NCBI GenBank assembly: GCA_013239625.1
Contig: MU053934.1
Span: forward strand, 7,833,352-7,897,351
Length of the DNA: 64,000 nt
From: Lama guanicoe
Taxonomy: Eukaryota
Reading direction: 5' to 3'
Positions 26,290 to 37,423 of the stretch are shown piece after piece; within the stretch, counting starts at the first letter, position 1; each line of letters opens with the position of its first letter. The notes under the pieces are model-generated. The model did not search any database and had not been told where the DNA came from. It saw nothing but the letters and a program-made list of their open reading frames with translations. The translations under genes were made by a program, and so were the position numbers.

Positions 26290-29110
26290 ACTTTCCTTCT
26301 GCCTTTAGCACAACTTTTAGAATTTCCTTTAGTCAAGATCTGCAGGAGATGAATTGTCTCAGTTTTTGTCTGAAATGTCTCTATTTTTTTTAAATGTTTC
26401 TCACTGACTTTCATCGTGTCTTTAATCTTCAGAAATTCAAACAAGCTGTCCAAACTGAACTGACCTACAGAGGCACGCAGATTCAAGGCGCAGACGGCTC
26501 CTTTTCCTTCGTTTGAATGTCTTAACTCTCTTCTGAGTTCCTTTAGCTGCTTGTTTCTTTGCGGCAGTCTCCCCCTCCAACTCCCGCTTCTCTTGGCCAA
26601 AAGCCTTCTTTCCTCCTTTCTTCTCTGCCTCCCCAGCCTACCTGCCTCAAGTTAACGTCACACCAGCTCTGTTGATGAACGCTCTGCTGCTGTGGTTTGC
26701 TTTATCCACTTGAATTTGTGGTACCTGTTCCAGCAAAAGAATTTTGCGATACATGGTCTTATGAATGAATTTAGCTTCAGCGTAATTCTCAGGTTCTTCA
26801 GTAAGCTCTTCAGGATAGTGAATCTTATCACATGGTGCTGAGAAAGCCTCCCAAAGGTTCTCCTGATCTCTGTTCTGATTGCTGTGTGCATGGAAGGTTG
26901 TGCTTGTCCTTCAAGGCAGGCAGCACTGTGCTGAGAGCCACACGGACTATCAAAGCAGGAGACACTTTCGGCCCATAAGCAGGAATGCCCCACATGTCCA
27001 TCAGAAGCAAATCTCAAAGGTTCGCTTTTCTCATTCTAAGTAGAATAATTCCTTGGATATTTCTCAAGGGTTACTGATGATACTAACGTTATTATAAATG
27101 GCATGAGGTCCTCCATGGTAGATACAATAGCCCACAACAGTCCTTCCAGCTCTCATACCCTCAGAGGCATAGACTTTCTGGTATCATTCTAGGTCTTAAA
27201 TGTCTTTTGACACAAAACGTCCTCTTTAATCTTCATGTTAGCTCCAACCTTAATCAACCACCATCAGACATTCAGGAACTTTCTTATGTCAGACTGTTCT
27301 GGAAAGGCTGAGATGGCCAGGGCAGAACAGACGGCACACATTTCCTGGTTGTGTTCACTCTATGCTGTCAAGGGTATTAAGTTTTGGCTGATACAAAATG
27401 TGACCTCTCAAACCATATTTCCGGACGGGAAGGGCTGTGACCAGAATAGTAAGTCCCACTGTCACGAATTCAGGGAATTTGAACTACAACTCTGTCAGTG
27501 TCCTAGGATTGAGTCCAGGTCTAATAAGCAGATAATGCAGTGCAAAGGTGGCCTCATTTAATACAAATCAGTGTGAAGAAAGTCTACAAGATCTAAGTCA
27601 AAGGTAACCTCAAACACCATAGGCAAGAGTGCCAGAAGTATCTTCCTTTTGCAAATACTCTGGTATCAGTGGACGGGCAGATACAAGTGCAAGAGGAGGA
27701 GGGGCTCCCAGGGGTTCCCACAGTAAAAGCTCTCACTCTATTCTTACAAAAATAGTATAGAATTCTAGGATGGCAAATATTATAGTTGAGCACACCGAGG
27801 AGCTTTTCCCACAATCTCATACCTTTGATTGTCACTGTTGAGACATTCCTGTCAGTCCAACTGTCACTCCTCTGAAGTCAATTCTGTTTTTCGTCTCACT
27901 GCCTCTAATATTTTCTCTTTGATTTTGATGTTCTGCAGGCTCACTGTGATACATGTGACACATCTAGACAGGCATTCCTTTTTATTTATCTGGCTTGAGA
28001 TTCTCAGCCATTATCTCTTCACATACAGACTCTGTCCTACTCTTTCTCTTAGGTATCTGGAAATCCAATAGGACGTATCACGAGGCCCCCTCTTCCCACC
28101 CTCCATGCGCTTAGCTACCTCTGACCTCCATGTTTCGCACCTCTCTGTCTTCCTGTGCTGCATTCTGGATAATATCTTCAGATCTATTTTCTACTCCACA
28201 AATGCTCTCTTCAGCTGTGTTTAATCCACTGTTTTCACCCATCCACTGAATTTTATTCTACAATAATCGTATCCTTCAGTACCAGAAATTCTGTATTGTA
28301 CGTCTCTAAATCTTTATTTTTATTGCCTCTTGTTTCCTATTCATATATTGAATCCATCCGTTCATTTCTTTAAAGACAGTAAAACACTGGTTTCAGATTC
28401 TGTATCTCATAGTTGCAGTATTCCAGGTGTTTGGAAATCTGATTCTACTGGGTGTTATTGTTATTTGTTTGCAGGCCTCGTTCTGTTTCCTCATGGTTTT
28501 CAAGATTGTTTTTTATGACATATTACCTCTGGACATCCTCTAAGGGCTACGTTGTAGATGATTTCCTCTACAGAAGGGCACACCCAGTCCAAAAGCAGTT
28601 TTAAGTAAGTTCCTAGCCTGAGACTTTTCAGACCACATGGGTAGCATTATTTTAGGCACAGATTTTAATGAAAATGAACTTGTGATTACAATTTTTCCCC
28701 TATTCACCCAATGCCAGTGTTGAAACAGGTAGGTTTCCTTGTGCCCTCTGTGATGTGAGTTTATATTTGTAAATTATCCTTGCAAGAGAGTATAGGGGTC
28801 CCAACAGTATGTGCCCTGGTCTTCTATTAGGTTCCAATACCTTGGGCAGATCTTGTCAGCCTTGTCTCTTGTCCCCTTCACTCCAAATAGCCAACAAAAC
28901 TGAAACACAAATTCATCAAGATTTGGCCACTACCCTCAGGGAAAAAGCTGGCTTTATAGAAAGCTTACTTCTCTGGATTCCAATTTTTACTGCATGTATA
29001 GCCTCTGAGAATTACTTTTTTGCCAGCTCACTAATGTATTAAAATATTTTACCTTTTATCCACCATTTTAGTTGTTTTCAATGGAAGTGTTGTTCATGGA
29101 GATAGCCTGC
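26290..29110 (-). mobile_element. Old L1/HAL1 ORF1-region element interrupted by the RPL4 retrocopy
   Basis: ...ctcagtttttgtctgaaatgtctctatt [insert] ctctattcttacaaaaatagtatagaattctagg... continues as one L1 ORF1-antisense sequence across the insertion. Confidence 0.7.
26384..27729 (-). pseudogene. RPL4P: RPL4 processed pseudogene (full-length retrocopy, heavily decayed)
   Basis: Minus-strand remnants ARPLI, VNTT..CSALA.SA.P, GHVGHSCLWAES and LKNLRITLKLN match recalled RPL4 in order with no introns. 5' UTR-like cttttactgtgg; 3' UTR-like tttggacagctt...attaaagac...cagtgagaaacat; A8 tail at 26391-26384; near-TSD ctctatt(t/c)tt at 26379-26388 and 27736-27745. Start ATG is TTG, with multiple stops and frameshifts. 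Confidence 0.92.
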
Positions 29111-29620
29111 CATAGTACTAAGAAGAGATGTCTTTATGCACTATAATGCATGGCCAACAATAAAGAGAATTTAACTTCATTAGTAAGTCAGAAATCTTTC
29201 AGACTAAGAAATCTTTCTGACTTCAGAGTAAGTCAGAAAATTTTAGTTTAAATGTTTAGCCTTTTATGTTTAAGGAAGTAAGTTATGATACTTTTCATTA
29301 TTAGACCGAGGTATCACAATTAAACACAAACAAAAAGGAACTCTCCTGCTTTCAGTTTTTCCAACTGTTTAGCTTTTTTCAACAAAGAATATTCAAATAA
29401 GGTTACTGTCCATCCAACAAACCTACCCCACAAATGGGGATGGTTTTAGGTCAAGGATATGAATATGCAGCCTATATAATGACCAGTCACTCTTTCAAAT
29501 AAACCTGGAAGTTATCTTGTCCACCAATTATGGAGCATCAACTGATCAGAGCGCAAAGAAGTCCCAGATCATGGAGCGGCTAATACTGTCATTCTTGTGG
29601 GAGCTGCTGCACTAATTCTT

Positions 29621-29809
29621 TTCTTTTCTTTTTTTCATTGTAGTAAAAAAACACATGACATAAAAGTTACCATCTTAAGCATTTTTAAGCATACAGTTCA
29701 GCAAGGTTAAGTACATTCACACTGCTGTGCATCAGATGGCTAGGACTGGCTCATCTTACACAACTGAACCTCCACATCCACTGAACAACTCCCCATCTCC
29801 CCCTCCCCA
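29621..29809 (-). mobile_element. Short L1 (L1MA/MB-like) 3' end with 17-bp TSD
   Basis: T-rich tail followed by an L1 3' end; TSD ctgctgcactaa(t/g)tctt at 29604-29620 and 29810-29826. Confidence 0.85.
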
Positions 29810-30578
29810 CTGCTGCACTAAGTCTTACACCTAAGCTGCATCCACGACGGATTCAATCATAAAAGCTATAATACCGAAACTTGCTAACATTTTGGGACCA
29901 ATTTAATTTTTATAATCATTTACATAATGCCTGAAAAAAATGGTGCTTATTCACTTAGAGTTAGATAATCTGGGTAAATAATTTGTTTACTAAAACAGTA
30001 TTTCCTAAATCATATATTAGAATCAAAGAACTTTACAGCTGAGAGAGACATTAAAGTTCAGACTTGAACACTCGTTTTGCAAACAAAGCAAATGATCCCC
30101 ACGCTCATGTTACAGCTATTAAATAAAAAGGAGCTCCTACCAAGTTCTTTCTAAAAATGTTTCATCTATTTCTAGCTACCAAAATATGATCGCTTTCCAA
30201 AGAAATACACTTAAAATGCATATAAGAAACACATTTTAAATTTGGCATCTTAATATTTTTACTTCAGTGAAAATTCCTTATTTCCAAATCTGAAATACAC
30301 TGCATATGAAATATGTTAATCTGTTTTTAATTTGCTATGTTTCCATTCTTAATACAGTAAGTATTATTTCTCTTGTTCTGAAATGTACCCTATACAGATG
30401 TTAGAATCTTCTCTAAGTAAATTTTGGACTGAGGATTAACTCCATTAAATTCTATGTGGACAAAGCTCTTTCCTCACATCTCCCATACGTATCTGCTGAC
30501 GTGATCAGCTCTCATGACCTTATGTCCTAACTCTTACCATTCCAAATTTCACATTTTCCTATGAGGAAAAAAGCTTAC

Positions 30579-30667
30579 CTCTTTATAACATTTATATTCA
30601 GGTCAATTCCACCGAACCTGGACAGGAATTCAAGGTACGGAACGGCGCCAGAGCTGGTGAGGGGGAT
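30579..30667 (-). CDS. EFCAB6: EFCAB6 coding exon (89 nt): IPLTSSGAVPYLEFLSRFGGIDLNINVIK(R)
   Basis: Acceptor tttgcgtgtag| and donor AG|gtaagc; phase 0 in, phase 2 out. Confidence 0.95.
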
Positions 30668-30956
30668 CTACACGCAAACGAGAAGAATGACAGCTGGTCA
30701 GAGACTCTGGATCTGAGCAGTGGCCAGCACAGCAGGCTCACGACGCGGGGGTGGGCGTTCCAGTGACACTTCCAGTGTTTAACCCAGGGCTCTGAGCTGA
30801 CACGCGTCCTCAGCACAACAGGCATAAACAGCGTGAATGCCAGAACGCCCATCTCTGCTCAGCTGAAAGTCAACAAGTAGTCTGCCAAATTATCTAAAAT
30901 CTAGATCTATCCAAAAAATAAAGTAAAATTAGTACAAACATATTCTCATATATTTT

Positions 30957-31050
30957 GTGTATATATATATATATATATATATATAGGTATTTTTGTATAC
31001 GTGTGTGTGTGTATATATACACACACATATATATATATATACACACACAA
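30957..31050. repeat. Compound (TA)n/(TG)n/(CA)n microsatellite
   Basis: Directly visible. Confidence 0.9.
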
Positions 31051-31149
31051 ATATATTTCCCAAGAGTCTGAGGCCACAGCACAATTTATCCTCTGAGTGT
31101 CACGTGAACTTTCATATGCTTTTAAGGTAAATAAAGGTCAACTTTAAGT

Positions 31150-31590
31150 TTAAAATTGTATAAAGGATATCATTGGGTCAAGTGGGTCAGTACGGACTAC
31201 AGATTAAATAAAAGCATTATTATCTCAAAGTTTAATTTACTGAAGTTGATAACTGTACGGTGATTATGTAAGGGAATAGTTCTTATTCTTAAGGAAATAA
31301 CACGCTGAAGTATTTAGAAGTAAAGAACCATAATACAAGTAACTTCCTGTTAGATGGGTCAGAAAAAAACATTATGTACACATTACGTATTGCATATATT
31401 GTTCTCACACACACACACACATACACACTCACATAATGAAAACGCACCGGAGAAGCAAATGAGATGAAACACTCACAACCGGCAAATGTGGGTAATGGTT
31501 CTATGGGTATTATCTGTATTACTCTTATTCGTACAAATTTTCTGGAGGTTTGAAATTACTTCTAAAGTCAATTTTTTAAAAAAGTGAAAA
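31150..31590 (+). mobile_element. Old L1 (L1MC/ME-like) 3' UTR
   Basis: gataactgtacggtgattatgtaag..aatagttcttattctt..gctgaagtatttag...gtttgaaattacttc. Confidence 0.7.
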
Positions 31591-32287
31591 TAGCTATTTC
31601 CCAAAGAGTATCATGAAACTAAAATTAAAATAAATACATAATCAATATAAATATACTTTCCTAAGCTTCATGCAAATACACAAAGTACGATTTCCCAGAG
31701 AGCTGAACGGCCCCCAACCCTACACAACCAAGTTGACTTAGCGCTTAAACTTCTAGCCTCAAAGCCTAGCACGGTTATCTCAGTCTTCCCCAAGGGACGA
31801 GTTCCTCTTTACCATTTAAAACATTCAGAACTAGGAAATGGGACCAGAGGGAGGAGGGTTCACAGGGTGGGCCTCCGAGGAGCCTTTTCCTGGAAAGGAC
31901 ACGCAGCGCTTCTATTTCTGATAGGGCATTTTTTAGTAGATATAATTTGGGCAGACACTTCAAAGTTCCCCTAATCTTACAGAAGAAGGGCAAGACCAGA
32001 TGCAGTGTGCAGTTTCCAAGGCTGGGTACCCTCACTGTTTCGGTAGTGACAGTGCTCGCGAGGAAGGGAAGAAACTTCTGCCGGCACAGCTCACACTTCA
32101 TACACAGGCACAGGCGCTGCTCTCGGTTTTAACTCATCTAACCCAAAACCACCTCCTGAGGATGCTGAAATGTTCTGCATTTCAGAGCACAGGTGTGACC
32201 TCCCTGCCTGGGGCTGCCATTAAGTTGTTAAGTCACAGAAATCTGTGACTTCAGGGCCTATTATACTAACCACCCTGCTTGCAAAAA

Positions 32288-32328
32288 GGAGAGAGAGAGA
32301 GAGGGAAAGAAAGAAAGAAAAGAAAGAA

Positions 32329-32371
<43 letters not shown>

Positions 32372-32500
32372 GAAGGAAGGAAGAAAGGAAGAAAGAAAGA
32401 AAGAAAGGAGGGAGGGAGGAAGGAAAGAAAGAAAGGAGGGAGGGAGGGAGGAAGGAAAGAAAGAAGGGGAAAAAAAAGAAAGAAAAGAAAAAGAAAAAAG
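32288..32500. repeat. (GA)n/(GAAA)n/(GGAA)n pure-purine tract, about 210 bp
   Basis: Directly visible; it produces the low-complexity ORFs at 32245-32608. Confidence 0.95.
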
Positions 32501-33739
32501 TCCATCAACCTGTTGAAGCTTTCGTGGTATGTCCATATTGTTACTTATGATCTAATGCAAATTCTGAGGCGGCAGACAACTTTTGCAATGACTTGTCTCC
32601 AAAACTAAGCCCTTAGAAAACCCAAGAATTTAGTCTAAAAGGAGAGATTCTGCTAAGGATTTGCCTCTCCAGTATTTGTGATTCTGGCCAAAATGTCTGA
32701 GAATCAAAGCCGCCCCCTGATGAATCACTGAAAGCAAATTCTTAGGCTGGGGCTGGGGGAGCGTGGTTTGTAAATGAACGCCAGTATGCTGACAGGTGTC
32801 TTCAAAGACTTCTCTTTCCCCAGCCCGGCACAACCACTAGGATGAGAACAGGACTTTGTTCTCCTTCTCTGGAATCTGTTCACCAATTCAACTTCTTTTA
32901 AAATGTTATATTAATATTCAGAGACTGAGGCCACATTTTTTAAAAATTCCTATTACTGTCAGTGAAAACTAAGGTGCAGGGCAGGTCACAAGCAATGCCT
33001 CCTCATCGTTCTTGCCTTGATCCTCAGTCACCATGACACCCCGAGGTCCAAACATTTTTGATGTGGCTCTCAAAATTAAATTAAAACTTGAATATTAAAA
33101 ATTGAAATGAAATTTAAAATTCACTGTAATAGGAAAACTGTTTTGTAATTTTAAAGGTGAGCTGCTTGTGAAATATTTTACCAGTTTTATACGTTTCTAG
33201 TTAGGCTTTTATTAACCATTGGAAAAGAAAGTTTGTATCACCACGCAGACTAGTCATTACAAGATCTAGAAGTCGCACACGCTGAGAAGTCCTGGGATTT
33301 GTAGAAGCAGCCAGGCCCTTCTTTCCCAGTGAACCCGGACTCCTGAAAATGCACTGCATGCCAGCCTCCCTGGTTAAACATGGTCACAGGGACTGAAGGT
33401 TCCAGAAAAACATGCTTATCATTGAAGATAGACTACCAGAACCTGTTTCTTAAAGTCTCTGAAGTTCTACAGTTCTCAGTGATTTCTTTTAAAAACAGAT
33501 GTAGCTTTTGAAAATGGCTACACATTTCACGTTTTGTGTACTTTCCCTCTTCCTGAAGAGCTGGTTACCTTGGGAAGGTTGTCAAATTTTTTAATTAACA
33601 TTAGATCAGGAATATAGGGAGACATTAGCAGGAAATAATATTTTAACTTTCCACTTGGTATAAAGTATCAGTGAAATCAAGTTTACGAGGAAACTGATGC
33701 AATGTTTGCGAGGACAAATGTTCTTTAAAAGCAAAAGAA

Positions 33740-34263
33740 CAACACCACGTGACTCGGCAATTCCACTCCTAGGTACGTGCCCGAGAGAAGTGAAAACGTA
33801 TGTCCACGTAAACGATTGTACGTGAAACTTCAGAGCGGCATTGCTCACAAAAGCCAAAAAGTGGAAACAACCCAAAGGTCCTTCAACAGATGATGATAAA
33901 ACGTGGTGTATCCATGCAATGGAATGTTATTCAGCCATTAAAAGAAGTACTTATTCATACTTGAAAACATTATGCTTAGTGAAAGAAGCCAGAGACAAAA
34001 GATCATCTATTGTATTATTCCAGTTGTATGAAATGTCCAGAACAGACAATCTACTGTGACGTAAAGTCCATCACTGGGATCAGGGGAAGGGGGAAGGGGG
34101 AGTGACTGCTAATGAATACAAACTCTCCTTCAGGGGCAATGAAATGTTCTCGAATCAGACAGTGGTGACGGCTGCACAACTCTGTGAATATATTAAAAAC
34201 CACAAACTTGTACATTTTTAAATGGTGAATTTTATGATACATAACTTATATTTTAATAAAGCC
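33740..34263 (+). mobile_element. L1MB-like 3' end
   Basis: gcaattccactcctaggt...aagtggaaacaacccaaa...ggctgcacaactctgtgaatatattaaaaaccac...aataaagc. Confidence 0.85.
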
Positions 34264-34479
34264 TTAATTTAAAATGTAGATACAATAAAGGGTGACATGT
34301 GAAAGAATCAAAATGTACTATTTGTGAAATTTTGAAAGTGAATAAAGGGGAAACATTTTTAAAGAAGCAGAAAACTCTTCATCTTTCTTTCCTTTCCCTT
34401 CTTCCCTGTCTGTTCCCCAACAATTCCATCCTAAAGTCGTTAGACGGGGCAGAGAAGAATGGTGTCCATAATATGGGAG

Positions 34480-35470
34480 CCATGGAGGTCCAGACCAGTG
34501 TGTGAGCCCAAGTTGGGTGAGGAGGGCACCCACGTGGGGGATGGGGAGTGCTGGAGACGGGAGAGGAGTCACAGGCCAGGGAGACTAATCAAAGAATTAA
34601 ATATACTGAGAGTAAAAGAAGCCAAGATTCTCGTGGTCTGAAAAGGTAGTTACGAATATGGTAGGTGAGAAAATGAGAATGAACCCTGGAGCGCTAGCTG
34701 AGAATTGGTGGTATTGTTTGAACTCATGGTTTTCAATCTATAGAGAGACTGATATAGAAATGGATGTAGATGTACATGTGTGGGTACACACTGGGGTGGG
34801 GAATGTATCCCCTGGAGCTCTGCCCACCTGGAGGGCCTGGGGCAGTGACATCCAGTGGCAATGAGCAGCCCTCGTGCCCAGACCCCAGATTCTGGGTACC
34901 TTTTCCCATTAAAAGGAACCAGAGCTCTTTGGAGAAATGGATGATTCTAAAGCTGAGGCAGGGAGAGTACACGTGAGTTTGGGATGTCTTGCATCAGAAA
35001 GCAAGGAAGTGTTCGAAGAATGATGGGGACGTGTCAAAGGACCTAGAAACCAGCATGAAGGGGCTCCTGCTGGCTAATTTAGGGATAATTTAAACATCAA
35101 AATAAATAATGAAAGTAATGAATCATAACCCACTTAATAAAATAGGAAGTCTTGAGTCCCTGCAAACATAATGAGTAAATGCAAGTTTGGTGAGGAATGG
35201 CAGATATGCACAGATTCAAAGCATCTCCCACAAAACTCCTGTTAATTACGAAGTGGATAAAGAGTACTCTACCATGAGAAAGACAGATGGAGCTGAAAGA
35301 GCCCCTCTTAATTGGCTGGCCAAAGCGAACATCGGCAGTAATGGGCAGACCGAAGTCACGCGGGCCTTACGAGCTGCGGTGAGAAGAATCCAGCAGCTCT
35401 TCTGTGACGGTCTCGGCATCCGGAAACATCCACTCAACACTCTGCAAAATAACGTCTGACTCTGCAAAGT
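34480..35470 (+). mobile_element. L1MC3/4-like 3' UTR
   Basis: ttaaaaggaaccagagctctttggagaaatgg...cagaaagcaaggaagtg..aagaatgatggggac.tgtcaaaggac. Confidence 0.75.
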
Positions 35471-35797
35471 GTTAAGCGTCTTTCTGGCCCGAAGAACCAG
35501 CACACAGAACCCAAAGCAATCACAGCCATTAAAAATGTGAGGGGGGTCTCACAGGAGAGGCGGGGAGGAGGCCCACTTTCTGTGTCCGTGTCTCTAGCTG
35601 ATGCCTGAACCACGCGTGTGCAGGTCAGACTCAACGAGTCCCAGCCAAAGACAAAAGAGCTGAGTGACCGCCCAGCAAGAGAGACCGAACCTGCAAGTTC
35701 ACTTCCTGCCAAAGCAGTAGCACAGACAGTCTTGGAGGAGCACAACGGAAGCGGGGCCCCCACAGCACTGTGCCCGCAGCGCCCAGCGCCCAGAGCC

Positions 35798-36292
35798 CAG
35801 CGCCGTCCAATGAGCAGCCGGGCGCAGGTGACGCCTGAGCGCCTGAAGTGTGGGAGGGCAGCTGATGAGCTGGCCCGGCTGTTACAGTTGACGCTAGTTA
35901 ATTTAAATTCTAAAATTAATTCAGTTGTTGGAAAACTTCTAAGTTTGAACAACTGGGTGTAAGAATCTAGTAGTTCAGTTGCAGATTTTACGAAATCTAA
36001 AAATAGAGACAGTATTTCCAATGGATGTTTAGTGTCAGAATTAAGGTCTGCTGTAAGTGTAAATATACACCAGGCTTTGTAGACTTAGCACACAGAAAAA
36101 AATGTAAAATACCTTATTACCAATTTTAAACAGTGATTACATGTTGAAATGTGATCATATTTTGGATATATTTGGTTAAGTAAAAATATTACAATAAATT
36201 TCACTTATTTCTTTCTTATTTTTGTAATGTAGCTACTAGAAAATTTAAAAGTACATATATGGCCCACATTATACTTCTAATGGCTAGCATTG
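35798..36292. mobile_element. Charlie1/MER33-like hAT MITE
   Basis: TIR-like cagcgccgtccaat at left and aatggctagcattg at right; internal gctactagaaaatttaaaa, gattacatgttgaaat and ctgtaagtgtaaa phrases. Confidence 0.75.
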
Positions 36293-36333
36293 GTCAGGAT
36301 ATCACCCAACTACACTCAACAATGAAGAACCAG

Positions 36334-36462
36334 GGGGAGGATATAGCTCAGTGGTAGGGTGTGGGCTCACCATGCACAAGGTCCTCAGTTCAATCCCCAG
36401 CACCTCCATTAAAAACAGATAAATAAACCAAATTACCTCCCCTGAAGAAAAAAAATTTTTTT
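36334..36462 (+). mobile_element. tRNA-derived SINE (Vic-1-like) with 13-bp TSD
   Basis: ggggaggatatagctcagtggtag...ttcaatccccagcacc; perfect TSD aatgaagaaccag at 36321-36333 and 36463-36475. Confidence 0.92.
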
Positions 36463-36499
36463 AATGAAGAACCAGAGAAATGTTTAAGGGAAAAAAAAA

Positions 36500-36900
36500 A
36501 TCAAAGCAGGCCAAACCTAAGCTGACCCAGATGTTAGAAATATCAGATTAAGGATCTTTAAGTAGCTATTCTAAGTATGCTCAGAGTTTTTAAAAAATAT
36601 GCTTATAATTGAAAAAAATAAATCGAAGTAAATAAATAGAAATTACAAAAAAATAACCAAATGAAAATTCTGGAACTGAAAAATACAATGTTGAAATTAA
36701 ATGTTCACTGAAAGAGCTGAACAGCAGAATGGAGATAATAAGAAAGAGCCAGGGAACCTGAAGATGGATGGACACTCTGTAATTTGAAAATATTTTAAAA
36801 ACTGAACAGAGCCTCGGGGTCTGCAGGACAACACCAAAGCGTCTGCGAGAGGAGAGGATGAGGAAGAAAAATATTTGAAGAAACAATGGCCGAAAGCTAT
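36500..36900 (+). mobile_element. Old L1 ORF1 fragment
   Basis: ccaaatgaaaattctggaactgaaaaatacaat...aacagcagaatggag...aaaatatttgaagaaacaatggccgaaa. Confidence 0.75.
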
Positions 36901-37211
36901 CTGCCTGCTCCGTGCTGGGTCGAGCGTACAGTAGTTGTACAATAACCACTTGAGGCATGGATGAATGCAAATACTAAGTGCCAAAACATAAGTTGACCAA
37001 ATACTCTTTATATGGAAGCCTTAAAAAAAACTGAAAGAAAAAGGCTGTCATAGTGCTACACACAAAAATATGCCCCAAGTATATGATGACCATCCCAAAT
37101 TGCCAGAATTTAATTAAGTGGATTGTGACAAAACTTTTTTTGGGGCAGTGGAGGGGGAAGGCAGACTAGGTCACACGCTCCTCTAATCTGCGGCATCTTT
37201 TCTGCAGTTAC

Positions 37212-37423
37212 CTGAGCCAGCACATGTTGAAACTGTTCTCTGGTGAGAGGCAGCAGGAAGGTTGCGATGATTCTTCTCAGTTCGTTCTTTGACACTGTCA
37301 TGTTGTTACTGGTGTCGAGCAGGTGAAAGGCTTTTTTCAACTCATCTCCTTTATCAGTAATTTTTTGAAATATAATCCGTTTAACATCTAAGAATGACAG
37401 CATTGGATTTGCAACAGCTGTGG
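37212..37423 (-). CDS. EFCAB6: EFCAB6 coding exon (212 nt): (T)TAVANPMLSFLDVKRIIFQKITDKGDELKKAFHLLDTSNNMTVSKNELRRIIATFLLPLTREQFQHVLAQ
   Basis: Acceptor ctctcttttctag| and donor CAG|gtaact; overlaps ORF 37110..37403; EF-hand loop DTSNNMTVSKNE. Confidence 0.97.

Noticed and set aside
26658..27017. 119-aa ORF as a functional RPL4 retrogene
   Set aside because: Fragment of a pseudogene with no ATG start, shifting frames and decayed conserved residues.
32245..32608. Lys/Glu/Arg-rich and Phe/Leu/Ser-rich ORFs
   Set aside because: Translations of the GAAA microsatellite.
36334..36410. Possible tRNA genes (also 23280-23349)
   Set aside because: SINE heads with A-rich tails (TSD at 36334); no intact cloverleaf acceptor stem.
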